64,000 nt of DNA. It comes from Escherichia coli (GTDB taxonomy: Bacteria; Pseudomonadota; Gammaproteobacteria; Enterobacterales; Enterobacteriaceae). Below the pieces are notes generated by a model that ran no database searches, was not told where the DNA came from, and saw only the letters and a list, made by a program, of their open reading frames with translations. This document shows, in pieces, positions 60,097 to 64,000 of the stretch; position 1 is the stretch's first letter, and each line of letters opens with the position of its first letter. The position numbers and the translations under genes are program-made. The DNA is taken from the NCBI RefSeq assembly GCF_036507355.1, contig NZ_AP027877.1. The stretch is one strand, 5' to 3'.

Positions 60097-60111
60097 CGTA
60101 AGAAAATTACA
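60097..60111. promoter_or_regulatory. Putative HexR operator in the zwf promoter
   Basis: CGTAAGAAAATTACA matches the recalled HexR palindrome TGTAAT-N3-ATTACA at 10 of its 12 defined (non-N) positions. It lies ~50 bp upstream of the zwf ATG. Confidence 0.45.
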
Positions 60112-60159
60112 AGTATACCCTGGCTTAAGTACCGGGTTAGTTAACTTAAGGAGAATGAC

Positions 60160-61635
60160 ATGGCGGTAACGCAAACAGCCCAGGCCTGTGACCTGGTCAT
60201 TTTCGGCGCGAAAGGCGACCTTGCGCGTCGTAAATTGCTGCCTTCCCTGTATCAACTGGAAAAAGCCGGTCAGCTCAACCCGGACACCCGGATTATCGGC
60301 GTAGGGCGTGCTGACTGGGATAAAGCGGCATATACCAAAGTTGTCCGCGAGGCGCTCGAAACTTTCATGAAAGAAACCATTGATGAAGGTTTATGGGACA
60401 CCCTGAGTGCACGTCTGGATTTTTGTAATCTCGATGTCAATGACACTGCTGCATTCAGCCGTCTCGGCGCGATGCTGGATCAAAAAAATCGTATCACCAT
60501 TAACTACTTTGCCATGCCGCCCAGCACTTTTGGCGCAATTTGCAAAGGGCTTGGCGAGGCAAAACTGAATGCTAAACCGGCACGCGTAGTCATGGAGAAA
60601 CCGCTGGGGACGTCGCTGGCGACCTCGCAGGAAATCAACGATCAGGTTGGCGAATACTTCGAGGAGTGCCAGGTTTACCGTATCGACCACTATCTTGGTA
60701 AAGAAACGGTGCTGAACCTGTTGGCGCTGCGTTTTGCTAACTCCCTGTTTGTGAATAACTGGGACAATCGCACCATTGATCATGTTGAGATTACCGTGGC
60801 AGAAGAAGTGGGGATCGAAGGGCGCTGGGGCTATTTTGATAAAGCCGGTCAGATGCGCGACATGATCCAGAACCACCTGCTGCAAATTCTTTGCATGATT
60901 GCGATGTCTCCGCCGTCTGACCTGAGCGCAGACAGCATCCGCGATGAAAAAGTGAAAGTACTGAAGTCTCTGCGCCGCATCGACCGCTCCAACGTACGCG
61001 AAAAAACCGTACGCGGGCAATATACTGCGGGCTTCGCCCAGGGCAAAAAAGTGCCGGGATATCTGGAAGAAGAGGGCGCGAATAAGAGCAGCAATACAGA
61101 AACCTTCGTGGCGATCCGCGTCGACATTGATAACTGGCGCTGGGCCGGTGTGCCATTCTACCTGCGTACTGGTAAACGTCTGCCGACCAAATGTTCTGAA
61201 GTCGTGGTCTATTTCAAAACACCTGAACTGAATCTGTTTAAAGAGTCGTGGCAGGATCTGCCGCAGAATAAACTGACTATCCGTCTGCAACCTGATGAAG
61301 GCGTGGATATCCAGGTACTGAATAAAGTTCCTGGCCTTGACCACAAACATAACCTGCAAATCACCAAGCTGGATCTGAGCTATTCAGAAACCTTTAATCA
61401 GACGCATCTGGCGGATGCCTATGAACGTTTGCTGCTGGAAACCATGCGTGGTATTCAGGCACTGTTTGTACGTCGCGATGAAGTGGAAGAAGCCTGGAAA
61501 TGGGTAGACTCCATTACTGAGGCGTGGGCGATGGACAATGATGCGCCGAAACCGTATCAGGCCGGAACCTGGGGACCCGTTGCCTCGGTGGCGATGATTA
61601 CCCGTGATGGTCGTTCCTGGAATGAGTTTGAGTAA
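60160..61635 (+). CDS. zwf: Glucose-6-phosphate 1-dehydrogenase Zwf
   Basis: NADP-binding motif [15 protein letters not shown] and active-site motif RIDHYLGKE. 491 aa. Confidence 0.98.
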   Translation: MAVTQTAQACDLVIFGAKGDLARRKLLPSLYQLEKAGQLNPDTRIIGVGRADWDKAAYTKVVREALETFMKETIDEGLWDTLSARLDFCNLDVNDTAAFSRLGAMLDQKNRITINYFAMPPSTFGAICKGLGEAKLNAKPARVVMEKPLGTSLATSQEINDQVGEYFEECQVYRIDHYLGKETVLNLLALRFANSLFVNNWDNRTIDHVEITVAEEVGIEGRWGYFDKAGQMRDMIQNHLLQILCMIAMSPPSDLSADSIRDEKVKVLKSLRRIDRSNVREKTVRGQYTAGFAQGKKVPGYLEEEGANKSSNTETFVAIRVDIDNWRWAGVPFYLRTGKRLPTKCSEVVVYFKTPELNLFKESWQDLPQNKLTIRLQPDEGVDIQVLNKVPGLDHKHNLQITKLDLSYSETFNQTHLADAYERLLLETMRGIQALFVRRDEVEEAWKWVDSITEAWAMDNDAPKPYQAGTWGPVASVAMITRDGRSWNEFE

Positions 61636-61656
61636 TATCTGCGCTTATCCTTTATG

Positions 61657-61675
61657 GTTATTTTACCGGTAACAT
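61657..61675. promoter_or_regulatory. Perfect 10-bp palindrome TTACCGGTAA with a GntR-operator-like right half (GGTAACAT)
   Basis: Seen directly at 61663-61672. Assignment to GntR control of edd-eda rests on resemblance to the recalled ATGTTACC-GGTAACAT-type operator. It lies upstream of the zwf terminator, so the role is uncertain. Confidence 0.3.
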
Positions 61676-61714
61676 GATCTTGCACAGATTGTAGAACAAT
61701 TTTTACACTTTCAG

Positions 61715-61747
61715 GCCTCGTGCGGATTCACCCACGAGGCTTTTTTT
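61715..61747 (+). terminator. Rho-independent terminator of zwf
   Basis: GCCTCGTG-N10-CACGAGGC followed by TTTTTTT. Confidence 0.8.
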
Positions 61748-61869
61748 ATTACACTGACTGAAACGTTTTTGCCCTATGAGCTCCGGTTACAGGCGTTTCA
61801 CTCATAAATCCTCTGAATGAAACGCGTTGTGAATCATCCTGCTCTGACAACTCAATTTCAGGAGCCTTT

Positions 61870-63681
61870 ATGAATCCACAATTGTTACGCGTAACAAATC
61901 GAATCATTGAACGTTCGCGCGAGACTCGCTCTGCTTATCTCGCCCGGATAGAACAAGCGAAAACGTCGACCGTTCATCGTTCGCAGTTGGCATGCGGTAA
62001 CCTGGCACACGGTTTCGCTGCCTGCCAGCCAGAAGACAAAGCCTCTTTGAAAAGCATGTTGCGTAACAATATCGCCATCATCACCTCCTATAACGACATG
62101 CTCTCCGCGCACCAGCCTTATGAACACTATCCAGAAATCATTCGTAAAGCCCTGCATGAAGCGAATGCGGTTGGTCAGGTTGCGGGTGGTGTTCCGGCGA
62201 TGTGTGATGGTGTCACCCAGGGGCAGGATGGAATGGAATTGTCGCTGCTAAGCCGCGAAGTGATAGCGATGTCTGCGGCGGTCGGGCTGTCCCATAACAT
62301 GTTTGATGGTGCTCTGTTCCTCGGGGTGTGCGACAAGATTGTCCCGGGTCTGACGATGGCAGCCCTGTCGTTTGGTCATTTGCCTGCGGTGTTTGTGCCG
62401 TCTGGACCGATGGCAAGCGGTTTGCCAAATAAAGAAAAAGTGCGTATTCGCCAGCTTTATGCCGAAGGTAAAGTGGACCGCATGGCCTTACTGGAGTCAG
62501 AAGCCGCGTCTTACCATGCGCCGGGAACATGTACTTTCTACGGTACTGCCAACACCAACCAGATGGTGGTGGAGTTTATGGGGATGCAGTTGCCAGGCTC
62601 TTCTTTTGTTCATCCGGATTCTCCGCTGCGCGATGCTTTGACCGCTGCCGCTGCGCGTCAGGTTACACGCATGACCGGTAATGGTAATGAATGGATGCCG
62701 ATCGGTAAGATGATCGATGAGAAAGTGGTGGTGAACGGTATCGTTGCACTGCTGGCGACCGGTGGTTCCACTAACCACACCATGCACCTGGTGGCGATGG
62801 CGCGCGCGGCCGGTATTCAGATTAACTGGGATGACTTCTCTGACCTTTCTGATGTTGTACCGCTGATGGCACGTCTCTACCCGAACGGTCCGGCCGATAT
62901 TAACCACTTCCAGGCGGCAGGTGGCGTACCGGTTCTGGTGCGTGAACTGCTCAAAGCAGGCCTGCTGCATGAAGATGTCAATACGGTGGCAGGCTTTGGT
63001 CTGTCTCGTTATACCCTTGAACCATGGCTGAATAATGGTGAACTGGACTGGCGGGAAGGAGCGGAAAAATCACTCGACAGCAATGTGATCGCTTCCTTCG
63101 AACAACCTTTCTCTCATCATGGTGGGACAAAAGTGTTAAGCGGTAACCTGGGCCGTGCGGTTATGAAAACCTCTGCCGTGCCGGTTGAGAACCAGGTGAT
63201 TGAAGCGCCAGCGGTTGTTTTTGAAAGCCAGCATGACGTTATGCCGGCCTTTGAAGCGGGTTTGCTGGACCGCGATTGTGTCGTTGTTGTCCGTCATCAG
63301 GGGCCAAAAGCGAACGGAATGCCAGAATTACATAAACTCATGCCGCCACTTGGTGTATTATTGGACCGGTGTTTCAAAATTGCGTTAGTTACCGATGGAC
63401 GACTCTCCGGCGCTTCAGGTAAAGTGCCGTCAGCTATCCACGTAACACCAGAAGCCTACGATGGCGGGCTGCTGGCAAAAGTGCGCGACGGGGACATCAT
63501 TCGTGTGAATGGACAGACAGGCGAACTGACGCTGCTGGTAGACGAAGCGGAACTGGCTGCTCGCGAACCGCACATTCCTGACCTGAGCGCGTCACGCGTG
63601 GGAACAGGACGTGAATTATTCAGCGCCTTGCGTGAAAAACTGTCCGGTGCCGAACAGGGCGCAACCTGTATCACTTTTTAA
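61870..63681 (+). CDS. edd: Phosphogluconate dehydratase Edd
   Basis: 603 aa, IlvD/Edd family (CDKIVPG motif). [24 protein letters not shown] as recalled. Confidence 0.98.
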   Translation: MNPQLLRVTNRIIERSRETRSAYLARIEQAKTSTVHRSQLACGNLAHGFAACQPEDKASLKSMLRNNIAIITSYNDMLSAHQPYEHYPEIIRKALHEANAVGQVAGGVPAMCDGVTQGQDGMELSLLSREVIAMSAAVGLSHNMFDGALFLGVCDKIVPGLTMAALSFGHLPAVFVPSGPMASGLPNKEKVRIRQLYAEGKVDRMALLESEAASYHAPGTCTFYGTANTNQMVVEFMGMQLPGSSFVHPDSPLRDALTAAAARQVTRMTGNGNEWMPIGKMIDEKVVVNGIVALLATGGSTNHTMHLVAMARAAGIQINWDDFSDLSDVVPLMARLYPNGPADINHFQAAGGVPVLVRELLKAGLLHEDVNTVAGFGLSRYTLEPWLNNGELDWREGAEKSLDSNVIASFEQPFSHHGGTKVLSGNLGRAVMKTSAVPVENQVIEAPAVVFESQHDVMPAFEAGLLDRDCVVVVRHQGPKANGMPELHKLMPPLGVLLDRCFKIALVTDGRLSGASGKVPSAIHVTPEAYDGGLLAKVRDGDIIRVNGQTGELTLLVDEAELAAREPHIPDLSASRVGTGRELFSALREKLSGAEQGATCITF

Positions 63682-63717
63682 GACGACAAATTTGTAATCA
63701 GGCGAGAGAAAACTCTG

Positions 63718-64000
63718 ATGAAAAACTGGAAAACAAGTGCAGAATCAATCCTGACCACCGGCCCGGTTGTACCGGTTATCGTGGTAAAAAAACTGGAACA
63801 CGCGGTGCCGATGGCAAAAGCGTTGGTTGCTGGTGGGGTGCGCGTTCTGGAAGTGACTCTGCGTACCGAGTGTGCAGTTGACGCTATCCGTGCTATCGCC
63901 AAAGAAGTGCCTGAAGCGATTGTGGGTGCCGGTACGGTGCTGAATCCACAGCAGCTGGCAGAAGTCACTGAAGCGGGTGCACAGTTCGCAATTAGCCCGG
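63718..64000 (+). CDS. eda: KHG/KDPG aldolase Eda, first 94 codons; continues beyond the right edge
   Basis: Not in the ORF track because it is edge-truncated. My translation from ATG 63718 reads [51 protein letters not shown]..., as recalled for Eda. Confidence 0.95.

Overview
Escherichia coli-type chromosome. From about 19.9 kb to 64 kb the window is collinear, in inverted orientation, with the K-12 leuZ/yecA to edd/eda region as I recall it: yecA, tyrP, yecH, ftnA, yecR, azuC, yecJ, ftnB, araFGH, otsBA, uspC, flhE, yecT, argS, yecM, cutC (with MicL), torYZ, cmoBA, yecN, yecE, yecD, aspS, nudB, yebC, ruvC, yebB, ruvAB, znuCB/znuA, mepM, lpxM, pykA, hexR, zwf, edd and a partial eda. One clear departure from K-12 is a deletion joining flhD codon 61 to the last ~175 codons of flhA. 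It removes flhC, motAB, the che/tar/tap genes and flhB, which predicts a non-flagellated strain. The first ~19.9 kb is accessory DNA that ends at a 56-nt copy of the 3' half of tRNA-Leu (leuZ). I read it as the right-hand part of a pipolin, a self-replicating integrative element. It carries an edge-truncated primer-independent family-B DNA polymerase (piPolB, missing from the ORF track because it has no stop in the window), an unknown 212-aa gene, an AlpA-like excisionase and a tyrosine recombinase. Its cargo is defence-like: two AT-rich orphan genes with no domain I can recognise; a type I R-M operon (hsdM-hsdS-X-hsdR-M48 peptidase) in which X is a YecA-like SEC-C protein, paralogous to the chromosomal yecA 9 kb away; and a run of three nuclease genes (DUF262/DUF1524 GmrSD-like, PD-(D/E)xK, zinc-ribbon Mrr-like). 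No rRNA, intact tRNA, CRISPR array or IS element was seen. Gene identities rest on my own reading of translations and recalled K-12 sequences. No database search or numeric computation was possible.
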